Shown here: piece by piece, positions 39,801-48,877 of the stretch
Numbering within the stretch: position 1 is the stretch's first letter
Layout of the letters: each line of letters begins with the position of its first letter
Assembly (NCBI GenBank): GCA_039589315.1
Contig: JBDHHQ010000014.1
Span: 24,125 to 88,124, forward strand
Direction of reading: 5' to 3'
From: Gemmatimonadota bacterium
Lineage (GTDB): Bacteria > Gemmatimonadota > Gemmatimonadetes > Longimicrobiales > Gaopeijiaceae
DNA length: 64,000 nt
Notes under the pieces: generated by a model
Seen by the model: the letters and a program-made list of their open reading frames with translations, nothing else
What the model was told of the DNA's origin: nothing
Database searches by the model: none
Position numbers and translations under genes: made by a program

Positions 39801-39971
39801 GAGGTGGAGATCACGGTGACCGGCTGGGACACCCTCGCTGGTCTCGTGGACTTCATCCTGATCGTGGGGTTGACGGACTGGATCGAGGACCTGGACGAGT
39901 TGGATGCGCTGCTGCCGCCGCCCGGCGGCACGACGCGGCGGTTGGCCAATCTCATCCGGCTGCTGTTGTGA
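36885..39971 (+). CDS. Large exported phospholipase D/cardiolipin-synthase-like protein
   Basis: Signal peptide; HRKIAFYD...TGMGIG.HY...WED...GP (HKD1); LHLKANFF...GSTNMNYRS..LDGE (degenerate HKD2). Confidence 0.7.
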   Translation: MRPRSTALLALLAMGALLAPVALSAQSDRHPEDGGYTYSLGMPPVWKGHAGAMAGWYRPNEVDRLNVLFHAGVMRDLLSPIAGVASVGIEGYGGLRGGDQMDGGGRALFAIPSLHVGAGADYNVRDDHWSFLLRLEIPFRRSGVFGRGTQVRFDWLPGRSNTFAVGINAPLWGRNIGKTRPQRDSFELEQPPIERVFLPESPPSLDESAANLRHSARWMAQLSMPLLDRGGADPEEAYAEDLVEIETHLSTTDPRFPLGHTLNEEVRVFHEELDRAFSLAAGAREYGPGESSAEGRRIAQEARRVLLDHILFPYNRLLGQRKAHDGLDEFAASAHAEFSRWLLPRTEIPEESFSRVFFVFQTVADIAEEIRELQLERWEDSRFVWLPLQLALRPEDHDSEAEINDLIERGTGERFTLGNRVWYTINEEFQLEFARTVGLAEDYHVLWIHDYRGKNSEKKPDEVGFAQTVRVYMATLTQRVREYDETGKLPEYFIFLDQNYFEANDTRLYFRVLSDPQGYELGLPGGYEEWEEEFRAAQQALRQAVAESRLLQSERRQYGDEWLENRIKVHINITNPVDHSFRSRHVAGIIPVPDNVIRDHRKIAFYDISEEDPYRGMAMYTGMGIGEHYAGRNWEDRAIIVKGPSALSVKDAARELLERQGFEPHEIPFPLRFIERPESYATRTDSMLQWMDSTVPGHDGQALELHNLTGYGAKPINVKKAIMYSLMPAGSILKVPDSLWQSYVYASLLTGSALRGARVLIIAPSLASAPSSAAPTMARAHGLLSALVTFQNALTDETASEGGLLKIGLYSPRVGVGDLEGRIRQAQELEDPWLRDIYPLNPHIRAAVDSVQETLRQAGYRANYLVNADSSASPKLHLKANFFISGEIWDLLLHRPEWGPLIREYLEYLARQTGPLEDRPSATEAPEGLRRAALALANAVNRDVPPDLRDRSFAYFTVGSTNMNYRSMVLDGEVEITVTGWDTLAGLVDFILIVGLTDWIEDLDELDALLPPPGGTTRRLANLIRLLL

Positions 39972-40083
39972 GGCGGCGGGGTGGCATCCGGCAGGTGCGC
40001 GGGGGAGTCTCCCGACACCGAATCCAGCGGCAGCAGGTTAGTCTGATGCTCACGCAACGACACCCGGGCCAGGGGGCTCCGTC

Positions 40084-41184
40084 ATGACCAGGACGACTGC
40101 GCGCTCCGAGGACAGCGCTATCGAGACGAGCGGCTTCCGCTCGCCCCGTTGCCGCACAACCGCGGCCACGATTTCCGCTGGCCTTGTCGTCCTGGCCGCC
40201 TGCGCCATCCCAACCGACACGCCCGTATGGGATACGGAGTGGACCGCGTCTGCCGGTGAGGTGGGTGTAACCGCGGCAGACGTCCTCCCCGATGACGTGG
40301 ACCGGGACGGCGATGCGTTCAGGGTGCCGATCTTCCCGAGCACGACGGCCTTGACCCTCTCGGACTTCTGCCCTTCGTGCCCAGCGGGCGCCGTGCTCAA
40401 ACCCGCCTTCGACGAGACAGTGGACTTCACGCCCCCCGCGCCGGTCGATGTGGTGGGCGCAGTCATCGTTGGCGGCGAGGCGCGGTTCACACTGTCCCAC
40501 GAGTGGGGTTTCGATCCGTTGCGGCCTGGCGGTGGGGAGCTCGGTAGTATCACGATCGAGGTCGCTGACGAGATGGGGCAGCCCTTCGGATCAGCGACGC
40601 TGGACGGAGCTCAGAGCGACTTCCCGTCCGGCTCGTCTCGGGACGTGACGGTGCCGCTGGGATCGGGCGAGCTGACGACCGGTGGCCTGGTCCGGGTTCG
40701 GGTGGTCTCACCGGAGGGAACGGACGCCACCCTCGATCCTGCGGGCGAGCTGAGCGTGGCCGTTCTGATGGGGAGCTTCCTCCGCGCGACCGCGGTGGAC
40801 GTTCGCATCGGCGACAAAGACGTGGAGTCCGACCCGCTGCAGCTCGACCTGAGCCAGGTGGACAGCGAGGTCCAGAGCAAGGTGCGCCGTGGTGCGCTGA
40901 TCCTGTTCACGAACAACACCCTCGACGTGGGCATCGGGGGCGCACTCGACGTCAAGCCGCTCCAGGGCACCGTGATCTCGAAGGCCCTGGCGGTCCCCAA
41001 GGGAGAGATTGAACAGCGATTCGAGCTGTCCCTGGAGGAAATCCAGAGCATCCTGGGTCAGCTCGTGGACCTGAGAGCCCGCGGCAAGATCCTCGGCGGT
41101 CCGGACAATGTCGTCCGCGTCGAACCCCGGGATCGGCTGGACCTGCGGCTCGACCTGGAACTCTCGGTGAGGATCGGAGGCTGA
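40084..41184 (+). CDS. Beta-rich lipoprotein of unknown function
   Basis: Lipobox LAAC; CPSC motif; alternating beta-strand pattern. Confidence 0.75.
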   Translation: MTRTTARSEDSAIETSGFRSPRCRTTAATISAGLVVLAACAIPTDTPVWDTEWTASAGEVGVTAADVLPDDVDRDGDAFRVPIFPSTTALTLSDFCPSCPAGAVLKPAFDETVDFTPPAPVDVVGAVIVGGEARFTLSHEWGFDPLRPGGGELGSITIEVADEMGQPFGSATLDGAQSDFPSGSSRDVTVPLGSGELTTGGLVRVRVVSPEGTDATLDPAGELSVAVLMGSFLRATAVDVRIGDKDVESDPLQLDLSQVDSEVQSKVRRGALILFTNNTLDVGIGGALDVKPLQGTVISKALAVPKGEIEQRFELSLEEIQSILGQLVDLRARGKILGGPDNVVRVEPRDRLDLRLDLELSVRIGG

Positions 41185-41185
41185 A

Positions 41186-42511
41186 ATGGGCACCTCGCAG
41201 CACACCGAGCGTTTGCCCGGGCGCCTCTCCCGGTGGAGCACTGGTGCGGTCACCATCGCCATCACCTGCGCCGGCCTCGCCGCCCCGCTCACGGCCCAGG
41301 TTCCCACCGCGTCGGCTGCCTGGATGGGGACCGGCCAGAACTACGTGGCCGCCATCCGTGGCTTCGGCGCCATCGGCCTCAATCCGGCTCGCATGGCCAT
41401 GCCCGACAATCCGCGCTGGTCGCTGTCGATTCCGGCGGCCCAAGCCGGCCTGGGCCTGGATCCCATCGGGTTGGCCGACCTGGCCGAGTACAGCGGCGAG
41501 ACGCTTCCGGACGATGTGCGGGAAGAGTGGCTGGCTCGCATCGTCGAGAACGGAGGGCAGAGGGGGCTGGCCACCGTGGCCGCCACCGGGCTCTCCGGCA
41601 CATACGGGCGTTTCGGCGTCCAGGTGTCGTCGACGGGCATTTTCCGGGGCGATACGGACGAGGATGCCGCCGAGCTGATCCTGTTCGGCAACTCGGGCCG
41701 GACAGGCGATCCCCGGGATTTCGTGCTGTCCTCCTCCGAGCTCGACGGGTTCTGGGTGTCGTCCGTCGCCTTGAGCGGGGCGTTTCCCACGGGCATCCGC
41801 ATCGGGTCGGCGGCGGAGCAGCACTTCACGTTGGGGGCCAACTTCAAGCTCCACTTCGGACATACCGCTCTGGTGGCGCGGGAAGGTACCGGCTCGCTGC
41901 GGCCGGAGCCGGTGACCGGCGAAGCCGACCTTCCGCTGATGCAGACCAGCGAGACCAAGCTGGACAACGGGTTCGGCGTGGGCGTCGATATCGCCGCGGC
42001 ATGGGAGGCCGGCCGGTGGTCAGCCGGGCTCATGCTGGAGAACCTGTTCAACACCTTCGAGTGGGATTTCTCGAATCTGGACTACCGGCAGGGCGAGGCG
42101 TTCTTCGACGTGGGCACGGCCCGCTCCAGCTTCCAGACCCGTGACGCCAGGGAGGCTCCCCGAGGCCTTCGGGACGCCGTGAAGGACGCCGGCTTCGATC
42201 CGACGCTGACCCTGGGCGGGGCCTACGACGTGCGCCCCAACCTCAAGGTGCTGGCCGACTTCACCCAACGCTTCGGGGACGGACTGTCCCTCTCGCCCAA
42301 GACCCGGGTCGGCGCCGGCGCCGAGTGGGTTACGCTGAAGTGGCTGATCCTCCGCGCAGGGGGAAGCGTGATCACCGACGGGTACCGCTTCGGCGGCGGA
42401 GCCGGATTCGTGATCGGGCCCGTGAACCTGGCGGGTGCTTACCTCACCCAGGGGGGCGACATCGAGCACGCCGACATCTTCGCCATCACGCTGTCGCTGC
42501 ACGCGCAGTAG
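41186..42511 (+). CDS. Outer-membrane beta-barrel protein (DUF5723/FadL/TraF-like)
   Basis: Signal peptide; MG.G......RGF.AI..NPA.MA plug motif; GFGVGVDI, GAGAEW..LKWL.LRAG strands. Confidence 0.75.
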   Translation: MGTSQHTERLPGRLSRWSTGAVTIAITCAGLAAPLTAQVPTASAAWMGTGQNYVAAIRGFGAIGLNPARMAMPDNPRWSLSIPAAQAGLGLDPIGLADLAEYSGETLPDDVREEWLARIVENGGQRGLATVAATGLSGTYGRFGVQVSSTGIFRGDTDEDAAELILFGNSGRTGDPRDFVLSSSELDGFWVSSVALSGAFPTGIRIGSAAEQHFTLGANFKLHFGHTALVAREGTGSLRPEPVTGEADLPLMQTSETKLDNGFGVGVDIAAAWEAGRWSAGLMLENLFNTFEWDFSNLDYRQGEAFFDVGTARSSFQTRDAREAPRGLRDAVKDAGFDPTLTLGGAYDVRPNLKVLADFTQRFGDGLSLSPKTRVGAGAEWVTLKWLILRAGGSVITDGYRFGGGAGFVIGPVNLAGAYLTQGGDIEHADIFAITLSLHAQ

Positions 42512-42649
42512 AGCGAGGCTGTTGGGAGAGCACCTCGACCCCGGGCAACTGACGATGAGGAGCGCCGTCCGTGTCCAACGAGCAGCCCGGCGGGCGGGCC
42601 CGGGCAGTCCCTCGCGCACGCGGGCCGCAGAGGACGGAGAGCTGAGTCA

Positions 42650-43279
42650 ATGAAACCGCTCATCGACAGCTTCAAGGCCACTGCGCTCGGCGGTGTGCTC
42701 TTCCTGATTCCAACCACCGTCGCGGTGCTGGTGGTCGTCGAGGTCCTGGACTTCCTCGAGATCGTCACCGAGCCACTGGCCGAGCTGATGGGAGCCCGAA
42801 CGGTGTTGGGCGCGACGGGCGCCAACCTGATCGGGCTTTTGCTCATCGCACTCCTGTGCTTCGCCGTCGGGCTCTTCGCGCGGGGAAGGGCCGGCCAGAG
42901 AATCCTGGGAACCGTGGAGAAGGGCCTGCTCTCCGCACTCCCCGGCTATGCCGTGCTCAAGGGTATGGTGGACACGGTCGTGGGGAACGAGGAGCGCGCG
43001 AAGCGCTTCAAGCCCGTGATGGTCCGCGGGGCCGCGTCCTCGCGACTGGCGTACGAGGTCGAGAGAACGCCGTCCGGCCCGGTCGTCGTGTTCATGCCCG
43101 ATGCGCCGAATCCCTGGTCCGGAAGCGTGCAGTACGTCGACCCGGAGCGGGTCCAGGCAGTGGACATTCCGGTTCACGAGGTGCCCCGGATCCTGGAGCA
43201 GCTGGGGATCGGGTCGGGACAGTACCTCGGGCTCGGCAGCACCGCCGGGCCGACAGCGAATCAGGAAACGGCATGGTGA
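42650..43279 (+). CDS. DUF502-family membrane protein
   Basis: GGVLFLIP, two TMs, LPGY..LK, VVFMP.APNPWSG. Confidence 0.8.
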   Translation: MKPLIDSFKATALGGVLFLIPTTVAVLVVVEVLDFLEIVTEPLAELMGARTVLGATGANLIGLLLIALLCFAVGLFARGRAGQRILGTVEKGLLSALPGYAVLKGMVDTVVGNEERAKRFKPVMVRGAASSRLAYEVERTPSGPVVVFMPDAPNPWSGSVQYVDPERVQAVDIPVHEVPRILEQLGIGSGQYLGLGSTAGPTANQETAW

Positions 43280-43409
43280 GGAACGCCTGCCGAACCGGAC
43301 GTCTCGGGCGTCCGACGATGACCAGGGATCCGCCAGTGTGGCGCTACACCGAGACCTCCAGGCACAACCAGGCAGCTCTGCCTGTTCACCCATGGTGATG
43401 GAGCAGAAC

Positions 43410-45206
43410 ATGAAGCTGCGCGTACCTCGCCGACCGGCGCTCATTGTCGGGGTGCTGTCGGCGGCCCTGGTGGCGATTCTGGTCGTTTCGTACGCCGTCG
43501 TGATCTCGGTGATCGACTCGGACCATCTGGAAGGCGTCTTCAACTCCGCCCTCACACCCGTGACGGACGGACTCTACCGGGTCGAGGTAGGCGCGATTGA
43601 CATCTCGCCGCTGGCTCGGACAGTGGAATTGGCGGACCTGCAGCTGCACGTTCGCGAAGAGGCCCTGGACAGGCTCGCGGCCGTGGGGGCGGTCCCGCCC
43701 CTCAGGGCCCAGGGCATGCTGGGCCGGGTAGCCATCGAGGGCGTCGACCTCGTTCGCCTGGCCCTCGATCGGGACTTCGAGGCTCGGGCGTTTCGGGTGG
43801 AGGCTCCCCACTTTCAGCTGACCATGATCCCCCGCCTGACCGACCCGGCCGCTGCAGGAACCGCCACTGAGGCGCCACAGGCGGAGCATCCCTCGGACCC
43901 GGCAGCTCCGTCCGACCCGGCCGGCCTACCCTCCCCAGCTGAATCGGCGGCCGGGGTGGGCGAGGGCGAGGCGGAGCCCTCTGCTGCACCCCGGATCGAG
44001 ATCGGTGAGCTCAGTCTCGCCGACGTGGACGTGACGCTCGTGATCGAGGATCCCGGAAGCGAGGCCACCGCGGACCAGTCTCGCTCGCTGACCAACGACT
44101 TGCGGGGACTCTCCGTGCGGCTCCTCGGCCTGGCGGTGGACCCCACGACTCCCATCGACCGATCAGACCTGGCATCCTTTGCCAAGGAGGCGGAGCTGGC
44201 CTTCGAATCGCTCCGGCTGGATCTGCCGGGTGAGCTCAACATCGCGGTCGAGGGCTTCCACGTGTCCACAGCCACGGAGGCGCTCGACGTGGAGCGGTTC
44301 GCGCTGGCTCCCGATGCGTCAGTCGAGGATTTCCTGGCCGGGGCCGGGCCCCCGGGCGACCGGATCGAGCTCGCGGCAGGACCGATCAGCTTCCAGGGCA
44401 TGGAATTCCTCCACTTCCTGCGGACGCTGGAGGCCCGGGTCCAGCGCGGCAGCGTCGAGAACCTGGACCTGCAGGTCCTGAGCGACAAGCAGCGCACGCA
44501 GCAAACATCCGGGCCCAGGGGGCCCCAGTTCATGCCGCATGCGTTCGTTCAGGGCCTGCCGGTCGGGATCGACGTGGACACGCTCCAGATCACGAGCGGC
44601 TCGGTGGTCTACGCGGAGCGGGGTCTCAAGAGTGACGAGCCCGGATGGGTGCCGCTCACCGACATCGACGCCACGCTCACGAACATCTCGAACGAACCCG
44701 AACGGATGTCGGTGGAGACGCCGATGGTCCTTCAGGCGCGGCTGAGGGGCTTCGAGTCCGCTCCGGTGGCCGCTCGCATCGAGATGCCCCTACTGGAGGC
44801 CCCGCCGACGATGCATGTACAAGCCTGGGTCGGCGGATTCCCCGCCACTGAGGTCAACTCGGTCCTCCCGAATCTCGAGGGCCTCCGCGTGACCGAGGGC
44901 CGGGTGGACACGGCGTGGGTGTCGATCCAGTACGGGCGGAGACGAGCCTCGGGCTCGGTCGTCGCCCTCTACGGCGACGCGAGGATCCAGATGGAGCAGG
45001 CCGGGAGCGGCAAGCAGAACCTGCTGCAGAAGGCGGCTTCCTTCGCGGCCAACACCGTGGCGATCCGACACGACAACCGACCGAAGCCGGGCGACACGCC
45101 ACGGAGCGGGAAGGTCGACTACGAGATCCTGCCCGACAAGCCTTTCTTCGGCGTGCTGTGGGAGGCGCTGAGGGAAGGCGTGCTGGACCTGGTCATCGCC
45201 CTGTAA
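43410..45206 (+). CDS. AsmA-like (DUF748-type) membrane-anchored periplasmic protein
   Basis: Single N-terminal TM followed by repeating beta-taco-like segments (IDVDTLQITSGSVVY, DIDATLTNISN) and a C-terminal FF..LW..L..G helix; start uncertain (43392/43398/43410). Confidence 0.7.
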   Translation: MKLRVPRRPALIVGVLSAALVAILVVSYAVVISVIDSDHLEGVFNSALTPVTDGLYRVEVGAIDISPLARTVELADLQLHVREEALDRLAAVGAVPPLRAQGMLGRVAIEGVDLVRLALDRDFEARAFRVEAPHFQLTMIPRLTDPAAAGTATEAPQAEHPSDPAAPSDPAGLPSPAESAAGVGEGEAEPSAAPRIEIGELSLADVDVTLVIEDPGSEATADQSRSLTNDLRGLSVRLLGLAVDPTTPIDRSDLASFAKEAELAFESLRLDLPGELNIAVEGFHVSTATEALDVERFALAPDASVEDFLAGAGPPGDRIELAAGPISFQGMEFLHFLRTLEARVQRGSVENLDLQVLSDKQRTQQTSGPRGPQFMPHAFVQGLPVGIDVDTLQITSGSVVYAERGLKSDEPGWVPLTDIDATLTNISNEPERMSVETPMVLQARLRGFESAPVAARIEMPLLEAPPTMHVQAWVGGFPATEVNSVLPNLEGLRVTEGRVDTAWVSIQYGRRRASGSVVALYGDARIQMEQAGSGKQNLLQKAASFAANTVAIRHDNRPKPGDTPRSGKVDYEILPDKPFFGVLWEALREGVLDLVIAL

Positions 45207-45224
45207 CCGCGTCACTGGCACTCA

Positions 45225-45386
45225 CGATTCGGCAAGGGCGTCGGTGATCCCTCGGTGCTGAACTTCGGAGACTGCCTCGCCTACGGCATCGCAATGGCGG
45301 AAGGTGAGCCGCTGCTGTTCAAGGGGGACGACTTCGGGCTGACGGACGTGCCACCGGCCCCGTATAGAATGCAGCTGGAGGGGTGA
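45225..45386 (+). pseudogene. vapC: 3' fragment of a VapC (PIN-domain) toxin gene
   Basis: Translates RFGKGVGDPSVLNFGDCLAYGIAMAEGEPLLFKGDDFGLTDV; in-frame stop at 45204-45206 upstream, no start codon, N-terminal half absent. Confidence 0.85.
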
Positions 45387-45467
45387 GCGGGAGGGACCGG
45401 GGTGGCGCCCCTCCCGCTTTGTGGTCCGTCGGTTGGTGTGCCGTGCAGTGGGCCGCCGGAAGTGGGA

Positions 45468-47402
45468 CTACATGCCCGGGTCGTACCAGATCGGCGATGT
45501 GTACGCCCGCTCCTGGGTGGACGTGGGCGCATCGTCCGGGAGCGCGATGCCGAACCGGAACGCGTCGTAGGTCGCCCAACGCGGTGTGGGAATCTCGACA
45601 ACACGGGCGTAGTAGACCGCGCTCTGCGACGCGTCGAAGTCGGGGTCTGTCCACACCGTGGCCAGCTCGGACGCACCGATGGTGTTGGTCCAGTTCGCGT
45701 TCTCGACATCCACGGTGTTCCCCACCGGCGGCAGCTTCCCGTCGGATCCCGCTCGACGGTCTCCCGACCACGCCACGTCGTAGACCCGCTCCTGCGTCTG
45801 ACCGCTTCCGTCCACCCAGCCTTTGACGATCTGGATGCGGTCCAGGTTGGCACCTACGGGATCCCGCAGCGCGAACACCATGAACGTGGGATCACCCGCA
45901 CCCGCCGGCCGGGGCCGAAGCGTCCCGCCCATGGGGACGCCCTTCTCGTAGCCCGCGAAAGCCGGCTGTCGGCTGTTCAGGTCCTGGTGGGTGTAGTCCC
46001 AGGCACCGAAGAAGCGGACGATCATCCGGGGACCGGTGGTGGCGTAGACCTCCTTGCGCTCCATAGCGTCGAAGAGCGCCTCCCGGGTGTTCTCCTGGGC
46101 CCAGACGGCGGCGTACCCGGATGCCACCTGCTGCCACGAGTAGATCGTACCGTTCTCGTTGGTCATGAACGGATGGTCCAAACGCGTGGGCTTGGGCTCG
46201 TAGCCGGAGTGCTTGCCGAAGAAGTTGTCCTCCTCGGCCGTCGCAAGGGACGTGTGGCTGTCGGTGGAGCCGAGCATGCCGAACTTGTACGGGTTGGTGC
46301 CCAGGCGCCCCTGGATGACCAGGCCTCGCTTCAGCGCCTCCCGTGCGTACTCCCCCGCCAGCATGTCGTCGGTCTTGGCTTCCGAGACGTCAAGATTGCC
46401 CACGTCCCAGGTCTCGTAGTCGGCGAACTCGTCGTCGGGGGAGAGGAAGGGGTGGGCCTCGCCGTCGCCCTTGATCTGGGTAGCCTCGTAAAGAGGCTCC
46501 CAGAGGTCCCGCTTCGTCACGTACTCCTGGTCCAGGGCGCGGCCGTCGTACTGGGCGTCCAAGGGAAACATGATGCCGTTGGAAAGATTACCGTTGTGGG
46601 CGATGGCCAGGACGTCACCGCCAGTGCGGGCCTCGTACGTCTCCATCCAGGTCCACAGGTCCCGGGGGTTCGTGCTGCCCATGGGCCGCACCGTGGTCAT
46701 GGGCACCATCTGGCTGCCCCTGTCGCCGTCGTCCCGGTAGACGACCACCCGGTGCATGTTGTTGCCCCGCACCAGCGAGGTCCACTCGTAGCCGATGAAT
46801 GCGGTGAAGTGACCCGGGTCGTTGAACTCCTCGGCCACCTCCACCGTGTGCTGCCAGGCGTTCTTGTAGGGCTTGGAGTCGGGCGTGTACATGAGAGTCT
46901 CGGGGAACCGGCCCTGGGAGAACATGCCGATGAGCTCCAACGCCACCCCTACTCCCTCGCCCGCGTTGATACGGTCGTACCAGTCCTTGCCCAGCGGATC
47001 GTTGAGTATGTGGGGCGCCCCGTCGAACAGGTCGGGGAAGAACCCCATGTTGTCCGAGTGGTCCGCCACGACCAGGAAGTCGAGGGGCCGCGAAAGCCGG
47101 ACCGGGAGGCCGGTTGCGCTGGTCACCTCCTCGCCGCGGGCCAACCGGTACGCCTCCTCGATGCCCAGCCGGTTCCCGAAGGCTCCGGCGTCCATGGAGT
47201 ACGCCGTGTGCAGGTGGGTGTCGCCCCAGAACACGCGGCTGGGGAAGTTGCGCCCCGCGTAGGGTGAGTAGGTGCTGCCCCGGTATACGTCGTTCAGGGC
47301 GTCGCCTCCGTCGGGGGGCGGAGGGACCTGGGCGTTCGCGGTTCCTGTGCCGAGGGTGAGGATCAGGGCGGCCGCGCCGAGAAGGCCGGTGCGTCGGGTC
47401 AT
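45468..47402 (-). CDS. Exported DUF3604-family (PHP-like metallohydrolase) protein
   Basis: [54 protein letters not shown]. Confidence 0.9.
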   Translation of the reverse strand: MTRRTGLLGAAALILTLGTGTANAQVPPPPDGGDALNDVYRGSTYSPYAGRNFPSRVFWGDTHLHTAYSMDAGAFGNRLGIEEAYRLARGEEVTSATGLPVRLSRPLDFLVVADHSDNMGFFPDLFDGAPHILNDPLGKDWYDRINAGEGVGVALELIGMFSQGRFPETLMYTPDSKPYKNAWQHTVEVAEEFNDPGHFTAFIGYEWTSLVRGNNMHRVVVYRDDGDRGSQMVPMTTVRPMGSTNPRDLWTWMETYEARTGGDVLAIAHNGNLSNGIMFPLDAQYDGRALDQEYVTKRDLWEPLYEATQIKGDGEAHPFLSPDDEFADYETWDVGNLDVSEAKTDDMLAGEYAREALKRGLVIQGRLGTNPYKFGMLGSTDSHTSLATAEEDNFFGKHSGYEPKPTRLDHPFMTNENGTIYSWQQVASGYAAVWAQENTREALFDAMERKEVYATTGPRMIVRFFGAWDYTHQDLNSRQPAFAGYEKGVPMGGTLRPRPAGAGDPTFMVFALRDPVGANLDRIQIVKGWVDGSGQTQERVYDVAWSGDRRAGSDGKLPPVGNTVDVENANWTNTIGASELATVWTDPDFDASQSAVYYARVVEIPTPRWATYDAFRFGIALPDDAPTSTQERAYTSPIWYDPGM

Positions 47403-47742
47403 GGTGCCTCGCCTTGTTTATGGAACCGCGGATCGTGGAGTGGGCATGATAGGGGGCGGGTGCGGCGGGCGGGCGCCGATGCGGACCCGCCGTGGTCCGC
47501 GGTGCTGCAATGTGATGGAGCGGACGACGAGAGTCCAGACCCCGACGGCGGATTGGCTCACCGGTCGGCCGATCAGATCGCCCGCACTGTTCTGCCTGGA
47601 GCGCCCGGAGGCCGTGTGCCTGCTCGCTGCGCCCAAGACCAGCGACTCCCCTCGGGCTGGCGAACCTGCCGACTCTGGACGTAAGGTTCTCTGCTCCCGC
47701 CTCCAGGTACGTACTCCCTAGGCACCGAGAAGAGGAGTCGAC

Positions 47743-48876
47743 ATGGTCGCAAACAGCCCCGCCGTAGCGAAGAAAGAGGTCCTCGACCTCTCCATCGAGA
47801 TCGCCATCCGGCTCGCGGTGGTGGCGCTGCTGGCCGTCTGGTGCTTCCAGATCTTCCGGCCGTTCCTCCTGCCCATGATCTGGGGCATGATCATCGCCGT
47901 CGCGCTGGCCAAGCCCTTCGGGCGCTTGGTCGGTCTGGTCGGGGGACGACGTGGCATCGCGGCCGCCATCTTCACGCTGGCGGCGATCGTCCTGGTCGTG
48001 CTGCCGACCTTTCGCATCGCTGACTCGGTGGTGCGAAGCTCCGTCGAGCTGGCTCAACAGATGGAGGCTGAGACCCTCCAGGTCCCGCCTGCCAGGGAGA
48101 GCGTCCGCGACTGGCCACTGGTGGGTGACCGGATCTACGACGCCTGGAACCTGGCCGCGACCAACCTGGACGCAGCCGTCGCCCGTTTCACGCCCCAGCT
48201 ACGGACAGCCGGCGGGTGGGTGCTCGTCAAGATCCGTGGACTGCTCGGCGCCATACTCCACACGATCATCGCCCTGATCATCGCCGGCTTCATGTTGACC
48301 TACTCAGAGGGCGGCGAAAGAGCCGCCCGTGGCGTGATGGGACGCATCGGTGGGGAGCGCGGCGAGGGCATCGTGACCATCACCAGCGCCACGATCCGCA
48401 GCGTGGCCTTGGGCGTCCTGGGTGTGGCGCTGGTCCAGGCGGCCCTGGGCGGCATCGGGATGTTCCTGGTGCATGTACCCGGTTGGGGGGTGTGGACGAT
48501 TCTGATCTTGATCCTGGCGGTGATGCAGCTGCCACCGATTCTGGTGCTGCTTCCCATCATCTTCTGGGTGTTCTCCGCCGCGGACAGCACAGCTATCGCC
48601 ATCGTCTTCACGGTGTGGAGCCTGTTCGTGAGCGTCAGCGACACGTTCCTGAAGCCGCTCTTCCTGGGACGAGGCCTGTCGATCCCCATGCCGATCATCC
48701 TCATCGGCGCCATCGGCGGCCTGATCCTCTACGGCATCATCGGCCTCTTCGTGGGGGCCGTCGTCCTGGCCATCGGCTACGAGCTCTTCCAGGCCTGGAT
48801 GGTGGAGGGCTCCGGTACCGAGCCGGGCGAGGAGGAGACGCTGGCGGAAGCGGCGCCAGAGCCGGCCGCGGGCTGA
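47743..48876 (+). CDS. AI-2E family transporter
   Basis: PFLLPMIWG.IIAV, D.FLKP..LGRG...PM..ILIGAIGG....GIIGLFVG; GAGGAG RBS. Confidence 0.9.
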   Translation: MVANSPAVAKKEVLDLSIEIAIRLAVVALLAVWCFQIFRPFLLPMIWGMIIAVALAKPFGRLVGLVGGRRGIAAAIFTLAAIVLVVLPTFRIADSVVRSSVELAQQMEAETLQVPPARESVRDWPLVGDRIYDAWNLAATNLDAAVARFTPQLRTAGGWVLVKIRGLLGAILHTIIALIIAGFMLTYSEGGERAARGVMGRIGGERGEGIVTITSATIRSVALGVLGVALVQAALGGIGMFLVHVPGWGVWTILILILAVMQLPPILVLLPIIFWVFSAADSTAIAIVFTVWSLFVSVSDTFLKPLFLGRGLSIPMPIILIGAIGGLILYGIIGLFVGAVVLAIGYELFQAWMVEGSGTEPGEEETLAEAAPEPAAG

Positions 48877-48877
48877 G

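Noticed and set aside
43890..43925. Short tandem PSDPA repeat in the AsmA-like gene
   Set aside because: Two degenerate copies in a low-complexity linker; no sign of an array
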